This document shows positions 9,667-18,345 of a stretch of DNA of 64,000 nucleotides, one piece after another. The stretch lies in the NCBI GenBank assembly GCA_005881435.1, contig VBHP01000029.1:816-64815 (forward strand), read 5' to 3'. The DNA is from Chloroflexota bacterium. GTDB lineage: Bacteria > Chloroflexota > Limnocylindria > P2-11E > CF-107. Numbering within the stretch: position 1 is the first letter of the stretch; every line of letters begins with the position of its first letter. The position numbers and the translations under genes are program-made. The notes under the pieces were generated by a model, which did not search any database, had not been told where the DNA came from, and worked only from the letters and a program-made list of their open reading frames with translations.

Positions 9667-10611
9667 ATGAGTGACGCGTTCGATGTCGTGACGATCGGCA
9701 GGGTCGGCGTCGACTTCTATCCCGAGCAGATCGGCGTTCCGCTCGCGCGGGTGCGCACCTTCGCGAAATCGCTGGGTGGCAGTCCGACCAATGTCGCTGT
9801 CGGCGCGGCGCGCCTCGGCCTTCGCGCGGCGGTCATCACGAAAGTCGGCGACGACGGCTTCGGCAGCTACGTCCGCGAAGCGCTATCCGGCTTCGGCGTC
9901 GACACGCGGTGGGTCGGGACGGATCCGACGCTGCGCACGCCGGTGGTCTTCGCCGAGGTCTATCCGCCGGATCGCTTTCCGATCCTGTTCTACCGCGAGC
10001 CGCGAGCGCCGGACATGAACCTTCGCGCCGAGGAGCTCGACCGCGCCGAGCTCGGGCGGGCGAGACTGGTGTGGACGACCGGGACCGGGCTCGCCGACGA
10101 CCCCAGCCGTTCCGCGACGCTCGCGACGCTCGAGGCCGCGCGTGGGATCCGCGTCCACGACCTCGATCATCGGCCGGCGTTGTGGCGCTCGGACGATGAA
10201 GCGCGGCGCTGGGCGCGCGAAGCGTCGCGGCGCGCGACCGTCATCGTCGGCAACGAGGACGAGGTTGAGATGGCCACAGCCACGCGGGATCCGGATCGCG
10301 CCATGGAATTGCTGCTGGCGATGGGCCCCGAGCTCGTGATCGTGAAGCGCGGCGGTGAGGGCGCCGTGGCGCGGCGGGGGAGCGAGCGCGTCGAGGTGCC
10401 CGGCGTGCGCGTCGAAGTCCTGTGCGGTCTGGGCGCGGGCGACGCGTTCGGCGGCGCCCTCTGCTACGGGTTGCTCAATGCCTGGCCGCTCAAACGGATG
10501 CTCGCATTCGCGAATGCCGCCGGCGCGATCGTGGCTTCGCGTCTCGCGTGCGCCGACGCGATGCCGACCATCGCGGAGGTCGAGGGGCTCATCGCTCGCC
10601 CGACTGCCTGA
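9667..10611 (+). CDS. iolC: 5-dehydro-2-deoxygluconokinase
   Basis: GRVGVDFYP, GGSPTNVAV, FYREPRAPD and GLGAGDAF (PfkB) motifs. Confidence 0.92.
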   Translation: MSDAFDVVTIGRVGVDFYPEQIGVPLARVRTFAKSLGGSPTNVAVGAARLGLRAAVITKVGDDGFGSYVREALSGFGVDTRWVGTDPTLRTPVVFAEVYPPDRFPILFYREPRAPDMNLRAEELDRAELGRARLVWTTGTGLADDPSRSATLATLEAARGIRVHDLDHRPALWRSDDEARRWAREASRRATVIVGNEDEVEMATATRDPDRAMELLLAMGPELVIVKRGGEGAVARRGSERVEVPGVRVEVLCGLGAGDAFGGALCYGLLNAWPLKRMLAFANAAGAIVASRLACADAMPTIAEVEGLIARPTA

Positions 10612-10648
10612 GCCGTGACCTCGAGGCGTTTCATCTACGCGGCATGCG

Positions 10649-11110
10649 ATGACAAGGATATCGACCGCACGACTGATGTCCGCGCTCATGCTTGTCGCCG
10701 CGGCCTGCACGGCTGCGCCCCAGCCGCAGCGCGAGGCGCCATGTCCCTTCACGGTGCCAAACGGGGGACCTCCACCCGGCAACACCGGCCCGGCCAACTT
10801 CGGCGACGGAAAGCTTTGGGTCTGGGTGCCCGGCGGGAAGCTGTATCTCGCCCCGGACTCCGACGGCCGGCTCTCGGAAAAGTTCGGCTGGTGGCGTGAG
10901 GTGCCGGGCACGTTGACCATCGACGGCCACCGGCTCGATGCTCCGGCGCCTTGGCTTAACGCGTCGGTCCCCGACGGGTATGGGCCGACGGGATTCCAGG
11001 CGACCGGCATCACGTTTCCAACTCCGGGCTGTTGGGAGATCACCGGCCACGTCGGAAGTGAAAGCCTGACCTTCGTCGTCGAGATCGCTCGCGACTTCTC
11101 GCCGCCCTAA
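10649..11110 (+). CDS. Hypothetical lipoprotein
   Basis: Signal peptide with AAAC lipobox; KFGWWR and FPTPGCWEITG motifs; fills the gap between iolC and the aldolase. Confidence 0.75.
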   Translation: MTRISTARLMSALMLVAAACTAAPQPQREAPCPFTVPNGGPPPGNTGPANFGDGKLWVWVPGGKLYLAPDSDGRLSEKFGWWREVPGTLTIDGHRLDAPAPWLNASVPDGYGPTGFQATGITFPTPGCWEITGHVGSESLTFVVEIARDFSPP

Positions 11111-11148
11111 GCGCCGCGCCGCCACGGCGCGCTACTGTGCGTCAGGGC

Positions 11149-12036
11149 GTGAACGACATCGTCCGGCAGCTGACCGAGATCCGCGCCACGCGCCCGATCG
11201 CGATCCAGGAGGCGTGGAACCACCGCGCCCGCCGTCCGCTGCTGAGCCGCGGGCGACTGTTCCTCGTCGCCGCGGACCATCCCGCACGCGGGGTCCTCAA
11301 GGTCGGTGCGGATCCGCAGGCGATGGGCGATCGCGGCGAACTGCTGCGGCGCCTCGTCGCCGCGCTCGAGCGGCCCGGCGTCGACGGCGTCCTCGGAACG
11401 CCGGATGTCCTCGAGGATCTGGTGCTGCTCCGCGCACTGGAAGGAAAGTTGGCCTTCGGTTCGATGAACCGTGGCGGGCTGGCCGGATCGGCTTTCGAGC
11501 TGGACGACCGCTTCACCGCTTACGACGCCGACGGCATCGAGCGCGACGGGCTCGACGGCGGAAAGATGATGGTCCGGATCGCCGATCGCGATCGCGGCTC
11601 GCTCGAGACGTTGGTCGCCTGCGCCCGCGCCATCGATTCTCTGGCCGAGCGTGGCCTGCCGGCGCTGGTCGAGGTCTTCGCCAGCCGAATCGAACCGGAC
11701 GGCAACGCCGTCAACGACATGGACCCGTCGGCGCTGGCCAGAGCGATCGCGATCGCGTCGGGTCTCGGCAGCACCTCGGCCTACACCTGGCTCAAGATCC
11801 CGGTGCTCGAGGACATGCGTCCGATCGCCGCGGCGACGACGCTGCCGCTGGTCCTGCTGGGTGGCGATCCCGGCCGGGACGCGGCGGCGACGTTCGCGCG
11901 CTGGGAACGGGCGATGTCGCTGCCGCAAGTGCGCGGGCTCGTCGCCGGACGCGCGCTGCTGTATCCGGAGGACGGCGACGTCGCCAACGCGGTCGACCGC
12001 GCCGCGGCGGTCGTGCGCAAAGCGGTCGCGGCGTGA
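11149..12036 (+). CDS. Class I TIM-barrel aldolase (Cgl0159-like; putative 5-dehydro-2-deoxyphosphogluconate aldolase)
   Basis: AADHPARG, GSMNRGGL, SAYTWLK and GRALLYP motifs; iol context; alternative start 11137. Confidence 0.8.
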   Translation: MNDIVRQLTEIRATRPIAIQEAWNHRARRPLLSRGRLFLVAADHPARGVLKVGADPQAMGDRGELLRRLVAALERPGVDGVLGTPDVLEDLVLLRALEGKLAFGSMNRGGLAGSAFELDDRFTAYDADGIERDGLDGGKMMVRIADRDRGSLETLVACARAIDSLAERGLPALVEVFASRIEPDGNAVNDMDPSALARAIAIASGLGSTSAYTWLKIPVLEDMRPIAAATTLPLVLLGGDPGRDAAATFARWERAMSLPQVRGLVAGRALLYPEDGDVANAVDRAAAVVRKAVAA

Positions 12037-13910
12037 AGACCACGCGCCTGACCACGGCGCAGGCGCTGATCCGTTTCCTGTCGCAGCAGTACGTCGAACG
12101 CGACGGCGTGGAGCAGCGCTTCTTCGCCGGCGTGTTCGGCATCTTCGGTCACGGCAACGTCGCCGGCATCGGGCAGGCCCTGTTCCAGTACCGCGACGAG
12201 ATGCCGTACTTCCAGGCGAGGAACGAGCAGGCCATGGTGCACATCGCCTGCGGCTACGCGCGCATGAAGGATCGCCTCTCGACTTTCGCCTGCACCAGCT
12301 CGATCGGTCCCGGCGCGAGCAACATGCTCACCGGAGCGGCACTGGCCACGATCGATCGGCTCCCGGTGCTGCTGCTTCCGGGCGACGTCTTCGCCTCGCG
12401 CCGTCCAGACCCGGTGCTGCAGCAGCTCGAGGTTCCTTGGCGCGGCGACGTCTCGGTCAACGACGCGTTCCAACCGTTGTCGCGCTACTGGGATCGCATC
12501 ACGCGGCCCGAGCAGATCGTCCCCGCGGCGCTGGCGGCGGTGCGCGTCCTGACCTCGTCCGCGGACACCGGTGCGGTGACGCTGTCGCTGCCGCAGGACG
12601 TGCAGACCGAGGCCTTCGACGTGCCGGAGGAGTTCCTGGCCAAGCGCGTGTGGCACATCGAACGCCGGTTCCCCGATCCGGCGCTGCTCGCGCGCGCCGT
12701 GGCGCTGCTGAAGGATGCGCGGCGTCCATTGATCGTGGCCGGCGGCGGCGTGATCTATTCCGGCGCGACCGGCGCGCTGCGCGGCTTCGTCGAGAAGAGC
12801 GGTATCCCGGTCGCGGAGACGCAGGCCGGAAAGGGAAGCCTGCCGTACGACCATCCGTCCGCGCTCGGCGCGATCGGCGCCACGGGCACCTTCGCCGCCA
12901 ACCGTGTCGCGCGTCAGGCCGACGTCGTCGTCGGCGTCGGCACGCGCTGGACCGACTTCACCACGGCCTCGAAGACCGCGTTCGCCAACGAGCGCGTCCG
13001 CTTCGTCAACGTCAACGTCGCAGAGGTCGATGCCGGGAAGCACGGTGCCATCGCGCTCGTCGCCGACGCTCGCGCCGCGCTCGAAGAGCTCGCGCTGGTG
13101 CCGATCTCCGTGTCGCAGGACTACCGCGAGGAGGTCGCGAGGCTGAATCGCGAGTGGGACACGGAGGTGACGCGCCTGTACGCACTTGGAAACGCGCCGC
13201 TTCCCGCGCAGAGCGAGGTCATCGGCGCGGTGAACGAGGCGGCCGGCGAGCGCGGTGTGGTCGTGTGCGCGGCTGGCTCCATGCCCGGTGAGCTCCATAA
13301 GCTCTGGCGCGCGCGCGATCCGAAGCAGTATCACGTCGAGTACGGGTACTCCTGCATGGGCTATGAGATCCCGGGCGGCATCGGAGCGGCGATGGCCGCG
13401 CCGGATCGCACCGTCTTCGTCCTCGTCGGCGACGGCAGCTATCTGATGCTGCCGAGCGAGATCGTGACCGCCGTTGCCGAGCGCGTGAGGCTCGTGATCG
13501 TGCTCGTCGACAATCGTGGCTTCGCGTCCATCGGCAGCCTGTCGCGGTCGCTCGGACTCGATGGCTTCGGCACGCTGTCCCGCTATCGCGAAGACGGCAC
13601 GCTCGGTCTCGACAGCGAGAAGCATCCCGCTCCGGTCTTGCCGATCGACCTCGCGGCCAACGCGGAGAGCCTCGGCGCGATCGTGCATCGCGCCAGGACC
13701 GTGACCGAGGTGCGGCGCGCGCTGGCGGAAGCGACCACAGCCGATCGCACCAGCGTCATCTACGTCGAGGTCGATCGCTACGCCGGCGTCCCGAACTACG
13801 AATCGTGGTGGGAGGTCGCGACGGCGGAAGTCTCCGAGGATCGAGGGACGCAGCAGGCGCGCGCTGAATACGTCAAAGCGAAACAGCGCCAGCGCTGGCA
13901 CGTGTCGTGA
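12033..13910 (+). CDS. iolD: 3D-(3,5/4)-trihydroxycyclohexane-1,2-dione acylhydrolase (TPP enzyme)
   Basis: RLTTAQAL, IFGHGNVAG, RNEQAM, EYGYSCMGYE and GDGSYLM motifs. GTG overlaps the upstream TGA. Confidence 0.95.
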   Translation: MKTTRLTTAQALIRFLSQQYVERDGVEQRFFAGVFGIFGHGNVAGIGQALFQYRDEMPYFQARNEQAMVHIACGYARMKDRLSTFACTSSIGPGASNMLTGAALATIDRLPVLLLPGDVFASRRPDPVLQQLEVPWRGDVSVNDAFQPLSRYWDRITRPEQIVPAALAAVRVLTSSADTGAVTLSLPQDVQTEAFDVPEEFLAKRVWHIERRFPDPALLARAVALLKDARRPLIVAGGGVIYSGATGALRGFVEKSGIPVAETQAGKGSLPYDHPSALGAIGATGTFAANRVARQADVVVGVGTRWTDFTTASKTAFANERVRFVNVNVAEVDAGKHGAIALVADARAALEELALVPISVSQDYREEVARLNREWDTEVTRLYALGNAPLPAQSEVIGAVNEAAGERGVVVCAAGSMPGELHKLWRARDPKQYHVEYGYSCMGYEIPGGIGAAMAAPDRTVFVLVGDGSYLMLPSEIVTAVAERVRLVIVLVDNRGFASIGSLSRSLGLDGFGTLSRYREDGTLGLDSEKHPAPVLPIDLAANAESLGAIVHRARTVTEVRRALAEATTADRTSVIYVEVDRYAGVPNYESWWEVATAEVSEDRGTQQARAEYVKAKQRQRWHVS

Positions 13911-14698
13911 GCTCGTTGCTGGTGCGCGGCCCGGCCACCCCCGACGCGGAGAAGCGCGTGCTGGCCGTGACGCCAGAGCGTGCGAAGTGGCGGTACGTCG
14001 GCTTCGAGGTCCTTCGTTTGGAGCGCGGCGACGCCTGGCGGCGCGAGCTCGGCGATCGCGAGGCATGCCTGGTGTGGCTCTCGGGCACTTGCAACGCGGA
14101 GACCGAGGGCATGCGCTGGCGTGAGGTCGGTGGCCGCAAGGACGCGTTCGACGGACCGCCGCAGGCGCTGTACATCCCGCCGGGCTCGTGGGTGAAGCTC
14201 GTCGCGGGCGCGACGTCGGAGATCGCCATCGGCTACGCGCCGGCGAAGAAGGGCGCCAAAGCGCGCCGGCTGGCGCAGGCGCGCGTGGAGATACGCGGCG
14301 CGGGTCCGACCGAGCGCAAGATCCACCACATCTTGATGGAGGACGAGGAGGCCGAGTCGCTCCTCGTGACCGAGGTCTTGACGCCCGCCGCGCACTGGTC
14401 GAGCTACCCCCCGCACAAGCACGACGAGAACGATCCACCGACCGAGACCCAGCTGGAGGAGACGTACTACCACCGCCTGCGCGACACCAGAGGCTTTGGG
14501 CTGCAGCGCGTCTACACCGCGGATCGCTCGCTGGATGAATCCGTCGCGGTGCGCGACGGCGACCTGGTGCTGGTGCCGCGCGGCTATCACACCGTCTCGG
14601 CGGCGCCGGGATACGAGCTGTACTACCTGAATGTCATGGCAGGTCCGGTCCGGCGGTGGTGTGTCACCTTCGATCCGGATCACGAGCGGCTGCGATAG
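13907..14698 (+). CDS. iolB: 5-deoxy-glucuronate isomerase
   Basis: WSSYPPHKHD, LEETYYH, VPRGYH and YYLNVMAGP motifs. Confidence 0.95.
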   Translation: MSSLLVRGPATPDAEKRVLAVTPERAKWRYVGFEVLRLERGDAWRRELGDREACLVWLSGTCNAETEGMRWREVGGRKDAFDGPPQALYIPPGSWVKLVAGATSEIAIGYAPAKKGAKARRLAQARVEIRGAGPTERKIHHILMEDEEAESLLVTEVLTPAAHWSSYPPHKHDENDPPTETQLEETYYHRLRDTRGFGLQRVYTADRSLDESVAVRDGDLVLVPRGYHTVSAAPGYELYYLNVMAGPVRRWCVTFDPDHERLR

Positions 14699-15369
14699 CA
14701 CCGATCGAGGCCGTCCTCTTCGATTGGGGAGACACGCTTTTCCATCCGCCGGACGCGGGGCGGGTGATCCTCGACGCCGCCCGCAAGCGCGGCATCGCCA
14801 TGGACGAGGCTGAAGCACGCGCGCTGTGGACGGAGCTGTGGGAGGCTGGGAAGACGCCCGAGGAGGTCGCCAGCGGCCGCGACCTCTCGCTCGAGCAGCA
14901 CCGGGCGTCGTGGACGCGGCTCTTCGGCCGCGCCGATTCGCGCGTGCCCGGCATCTCGGCGCGTTTGTACGAGCTGATGGACCCGTACCGCTGGACGGTC
15001 TACCAGGACACGCGACCGACGCTCGAGACCTTGCGTGCGCGTGGCCTGCGCCTCGGCCTGGTGAGCAACCACGCCTACGATCTGCGCCGGGTCTTCGCCG
15101 CCCGCGGGCTCTCGCCGTTCATCGACACGTACGTGCTGTCGTTCGAGAAGGGCGTGGCCAAGCCGTCGCCACGGCTATTCGAGATCGCCGCAGCCGACAT
15201 CGGCGTCGCACCGGAGCGCACGCTCATGGTCGGCGATCATCCCGAGGCCGATGGCGCCGCGGCGCGCGCCGCGGGCATGCAGACATACATCTTGCCGGCG
15301 TGGTCCGGTGCGGGTCCGCGCGGACTCGGGCATGTCGTGGAGCTCGTCGATCGTTCGCGCGACAAGTAG
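14695..15369 (+). CDS. HAD-family hydrolase (phosphatase); probable ATA start overlapping the iolB TAG
   Basis: LFDWGDTL, VSN, KP and VGDHPEADG motifs. Start uncertain (alternatively GTG 14656). Confidence 0.85.
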   Translation: MAPIEAVLFDWGDTLFHPPDAGRVILDAARKRGIAMDEAEARALWTELWEAGKTPEEVASGRDLSLEQHRASWTRLFGRADSRVPGISARLYELMDPYRWTVYQDTRPTLETLRARGLRLGLVSNHAYDLRRVFAARGLSPFIDTYVLSFEKGVAKPSPRLFEIAAADIGVAPERTLMVGDHPEADGAAARAAGMQTYILPAWSGAGPRGLGHVVELVDRSRDK

Positions 15370-15423
15370 CGTTTGACCACGCGAGTAGGCTTGGCCGGAG
15401 CGAATTCGTGGGGGAGGGAACCC

Positions 15424-15774
15424 GTGGCGAAGCACGTGATGATCACGGCGACGATCGGCATCGGCCTACTTCTCGCCTTTGCCAGTGTCGCAAGCGCTGA
15501 CCCGACCGCGCATTTTTCGACGTTCACCATTCACTGTGGCGGGAACGTCTACGAGATCGTGTCCAAGCCAGGATCGAGCAACGTGGTGACGGTGAACGGC
15601 TTGCCGAGCACGAGCGTCTCGGTCCTGATGGGTCTCACGATCACCGTGTCCGGTGAGACTGTCTTTGAATTCCATAAGCCGTTCACCGAGCACCAGTCGT
15701 TCACCGTGTGCCGGGACGAGGAGCCGGGCGGCGTCGTCGTCGTCGCGGAGGTGCTGTTCACGCCACGGAACTAG
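15424..15774 (+). CDS. Small secreted hypothetical protein
   Basis: GGAGG SD before GTG; signal peptide ending ASA-D; beta-rich mature part with two Cys. Confidence 0.7.
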   Translation: MAKHVMITATIGIGLLLAFASVASADPTAHFSTFTIHCGGNVYEIVSKPGSSNVVTVNGLPSTSVSVLMGLTITVSGETVFEFHKPFTEHQSFTVCRDEEPGGVVVVAEVLFTPRN

Positions 15775-15778
15775 CGGT

Positions 15779-17053
15779 TCAGGCCCTTTCCGCGGCGATG
15801 AGATCGAGGACGAGGGTGGTCCAGGCGAAGTCCTCCGCCCCTTCGCCTTCGCCGGTGAGCGGGTCGTAGAACTCGCGTACGCCCGAGCGCGCGACCAGCT
15901 CGATCGAGCGCCGCGCCAGCTCGTGCGCGACGTCGTCGAAGCCGTGCTGCCGCAGGCCCCAATAGAGGTACCAGTTCACGTTCATCCAGGTTGGGCCGCG
16001 CCACGTCGTGTTGGTCTTCCAGTCGGGATCGAAGGTCGGCTCGCTCGCCGCGATCGATGGCACCGGATACGGCAGCCAGAACTCTTTGTCGTTGAGGAGG
16101 TGCTCCTCCACCAGGCGCCGCGCGATCTTTGGCTCGAGCTCCGGGAGGATGAGCGGGAACAGGATCGAGAACGTCAGCACCCGGACGCGCTCCTCGGCCT
16201 TGCCGGACAGATCCCAGAACGCGCCGGCTCTGTCGTCCCAGCACTTGGTCAACAAAGCTTTGACGCATTTGGCGCGGCGAGCCTCGAGATCCTCGGCGCC
16301 CGGCGCGCCGGTCGCGCGGCACATCGCCGCGAGCGCGCGCAGTGAGTCCGCGTAGATCGCATTCACCATCACGTCCTCGAACAGGAAGACGTCCTGGAGT
16401 GGCTGCTCGCGCATGGGCTTGCCGTCGTAGGCCTTGAACAGGCGCTGCATCGAGACACGCAGCGCGGGAAGCGTGTCCGACGGCGGATCGAATGGCAGGC
16501 GCATCGCCGCGTCGTATTTGGGACTGGCGTCGAGGCCCGATTCATCCGGCTGGATGATCGCGATGAGTCCGTCGCGATCCGGATCGCGGATGTCGTCCAG
16601 CCAATCGAAGATCTTCCGCACCGCCGGCAGCACCTCGCGCACGAACTCCGCGTCCCCGGTGGCCTCGTAGATGCGCTCGATGCTGCGACCGATCACCGGC
16701 GGCTGGATCGTCGCCGTATAGAAAGGATGCGCCAGCCGGATCGAGTATTCGGTGTAGGCGCGTTCGTGAGCGCTCTTCTCCCACAACAGCATGTGCGGCA
16801 TGAAGCCGTCCGGACGCGTGCCCTGCAGCAGGCACCGCAGCTCCTGCTTGCTGAGCTCGGGGTCTACGCGCAACAGCGCGATCGCGATGAAGGCAGAGTC
16901 CCACCACCACTGGAATGGATAGGTCGCCGGCGACGGGCAGACGAAGTCGTAGCGCTTCCCATCCCAGGCCGAAACGCCGCGCTGGCGATTGCCTTCGAGG
17001 ACGCGCCGGCACTCTGCCACGACACGCTCGACCTGCGCGCCGGTGATGGTCAT
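15779..17053 (-). CDS. GH63/MGH1-like (alpha/alpha)6 glycoside hydrolase, copy 2
   Basis: YPFQWWWDSAF, IQPP, ESGLDASP, WRGPTW, REFY and FAWT motifs. Confidence 0.88.
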   Translation of the reverse strand: MTITGAQVERVVAECRRVLEGNRQRGVSAWDGKRYDFVCPSPATYPFQWWWDSAFIAIALLRVDPELSKQELRCLLQGTRPDGFMPHMLLWEKSAHERAYTEYSIRLAHPFYTATIQPPVIGRSIERIYEATGDAEFVREVLPAVRKIFDWLDDIRDPDRDGLIAIIQPDESGLDASPKYDAAMRLPFDPPSDTLPALRVSMQRLFKAYDGKPMREQPLQDVFLFEDVMVNAIYADSLRALAAMCRATGAPGAEDLEARRAKCVKALLTKCWDDRAGAFWDLSGKAEERVRVLTFSILFPLILPELEPKIARRLVEEHLLNDKEFWLPYPVPSIAASEPTFDPDWKTNTTWRGPTWMNVNWYLYWGLRQHGFDDVAHELARRSIELVARSGVREFYDPLTGEGEGAEDFAWTTLVLDLIAAERA

Positions 17054-18345
17054 GCGGCCGGCGGCTGCTCGCCGCGCTCAGCGGCGATGAGATCGAGCAC
17101 CAGCGTCGTCCAAGCGAAGTCGCGTGCGCCCTCGCCCTCCCCGGTCCGCGGATCGAAGAACTCGCGCACGCCGGCGCGCGCGACCATCTCGATCGAGCGG
17201 CGCGCGAGCTCGTGCGCGACGTCGTCGAAGCCGTGCTGCCGCAGCCCCCAGTACAGATACCAGTTCACGTTCAGCCACGTCGGACCGCGCCAGGTGGTGT
17301 CGGTCTTCCATTCCGGATCGAAGGACGGTTCGCTCGCGGCAACCGACGGGACCGGATAGGGGAGCCAGAACTCCCGCTCGTTCAACAGGTGGTCCTGCAC
17401 CAGGCGGCGCGCAATGCTGGCATCGAGCTCGGGCAGGATGAGTGGGAAGAGGATCGAGAAGGTCAGCGTCCTCACCCGCTCCTCCTTCTTGCCGGAGAGA
17501 TCCCAGAATGCACCGGCTTTCTCGTCCCAACACTTCGCGACGAGCGCACGCACACATTTCGCGCGACGCGCTTCGAGGATCTCCGCGCCGTCGACCCCGA
17601 CGGCACGGCACACCGCCGCCAGTGCGCGGAGCGAGTCGGCGTAGATCGAGTTCACCATCACGTCCTCGAACAGGAACATGTCCTGGAGTGGCTCCTCGCG
17701 CATCGAATGACCCTCGTAGGCGTCGTACAGCCGGTACATCGAGCGCTCCAGCGCTGGAAGCGTCTCCGACGGCGGGTCGAACGGGATATCCATGGCGGCA
17801 TCGTATTTGGGGCTTGCGTCCAAGCCGGATTCGTCGGGCTGGATGATCGCGATGAGCCCATCGCGGTCCGGATCGCGGACCTCGTCGAGCCAGTCGAAGA
17901 TCCGGCGCACCGCCGGCAGCACGTCGCGAACGAACGCGGCGTCGCGCGTGGCCTGGTAGACGCGCTCGATGGCGCGACCGATGACCGGCGGCTGGATCGT
18001 CGCGGTGTAGAAGGGATGCGCCAGGCGGATGGGCTGTACCGACTCGAGCGCGCGAGCGTGAGCGCTCTTCTCCCACAAGATCATGTGCGGCATGAAGCCG
18101 TCGGACCGCGCGCCCTGCAGCACGCACCGCAACTCCTGCTTGGCGAGCTCCGGGTCGACATGCAGCAGCGCGATCGCGATGAACGCCGAGTCCCACCACC
18201 ACTGGAACGGATAGGTCGTCGGCGAGGGGCACACGAAGTCGTACGGCTTGCCCTCCCATTCGGCGATCCCGCGCTGGCGGTTGCCGGCGAGGACCCGGCG
18301 GCACTCGGCGATGACGCGCTCGACCTGGCTGGTGGCGACGCTCAC
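17050..18345 (-). CDS. GH63/MGH1-like glycoside hydrolase, copy 1
   Basis: Same motifs as the downstream paralog; coupled to glpD (GTGA) and to copy 2 (ATGA). Confidence 0.88.
   Translation of the reverse strand: MSVATSQVERVIAECRRVLAGNRQRGIAEWEGKPYDFVCPSPTTYPFQWWWDSAFIAIALLHVDPELAKQELRCVLQGARSDGFMPHMILWEKSAHARALESVQPIRLAHPFYTATIQPPVIGRAIERVYQATRDAAFVRDVLPAVRRIFDWLDEVRDPDRDGLIAIIQPDESGLDASPKYDAAMDIPFDPPSETLPALERSMYRLYDAYEGHSMREEPLQDMFLFEDVMVNSIYADSLRALAAVCRAVGVDGAEILEARRAKCVRALVAKCWDEKAGAFWDLSGKKEERVRTLTFSILFPLILPELDASIARRLVQDHLLNEREFWLPYPVPSVAASEPSFDPEWKTDTTWRGPTWLNVNWYLYWGLRQHGFDDVAHELARRSIEMVARAGVREFFDPRTGEGEGARDFAWTTLVLDLIAAERGEQPPAA

Noticed and set aside
11214-12032. 898-aa ORF suggesting an N-terminal fusion on IolD
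   Set aside because: The extension is an Arg/Gly-rich off-frame read of the aldolase gene; IolD homology starts at GTG 12033.
11781-14438. Long antisense ORFs (885 aa here; also 3088-4521, 20916-22505, 43269-44636, 49626-51107)
   Set aside because: Shadow ORFs typical of high-GC DNA opposite well-supported genes; no motifs or start signals.
15779-18345. 1.3-kb direct repeat as a mobile element or assembly artefact
   Set aside because: The copies differ at many synonymous and non-synonymous sites and both are intact coupled ORFs, so this is a gene duplication.
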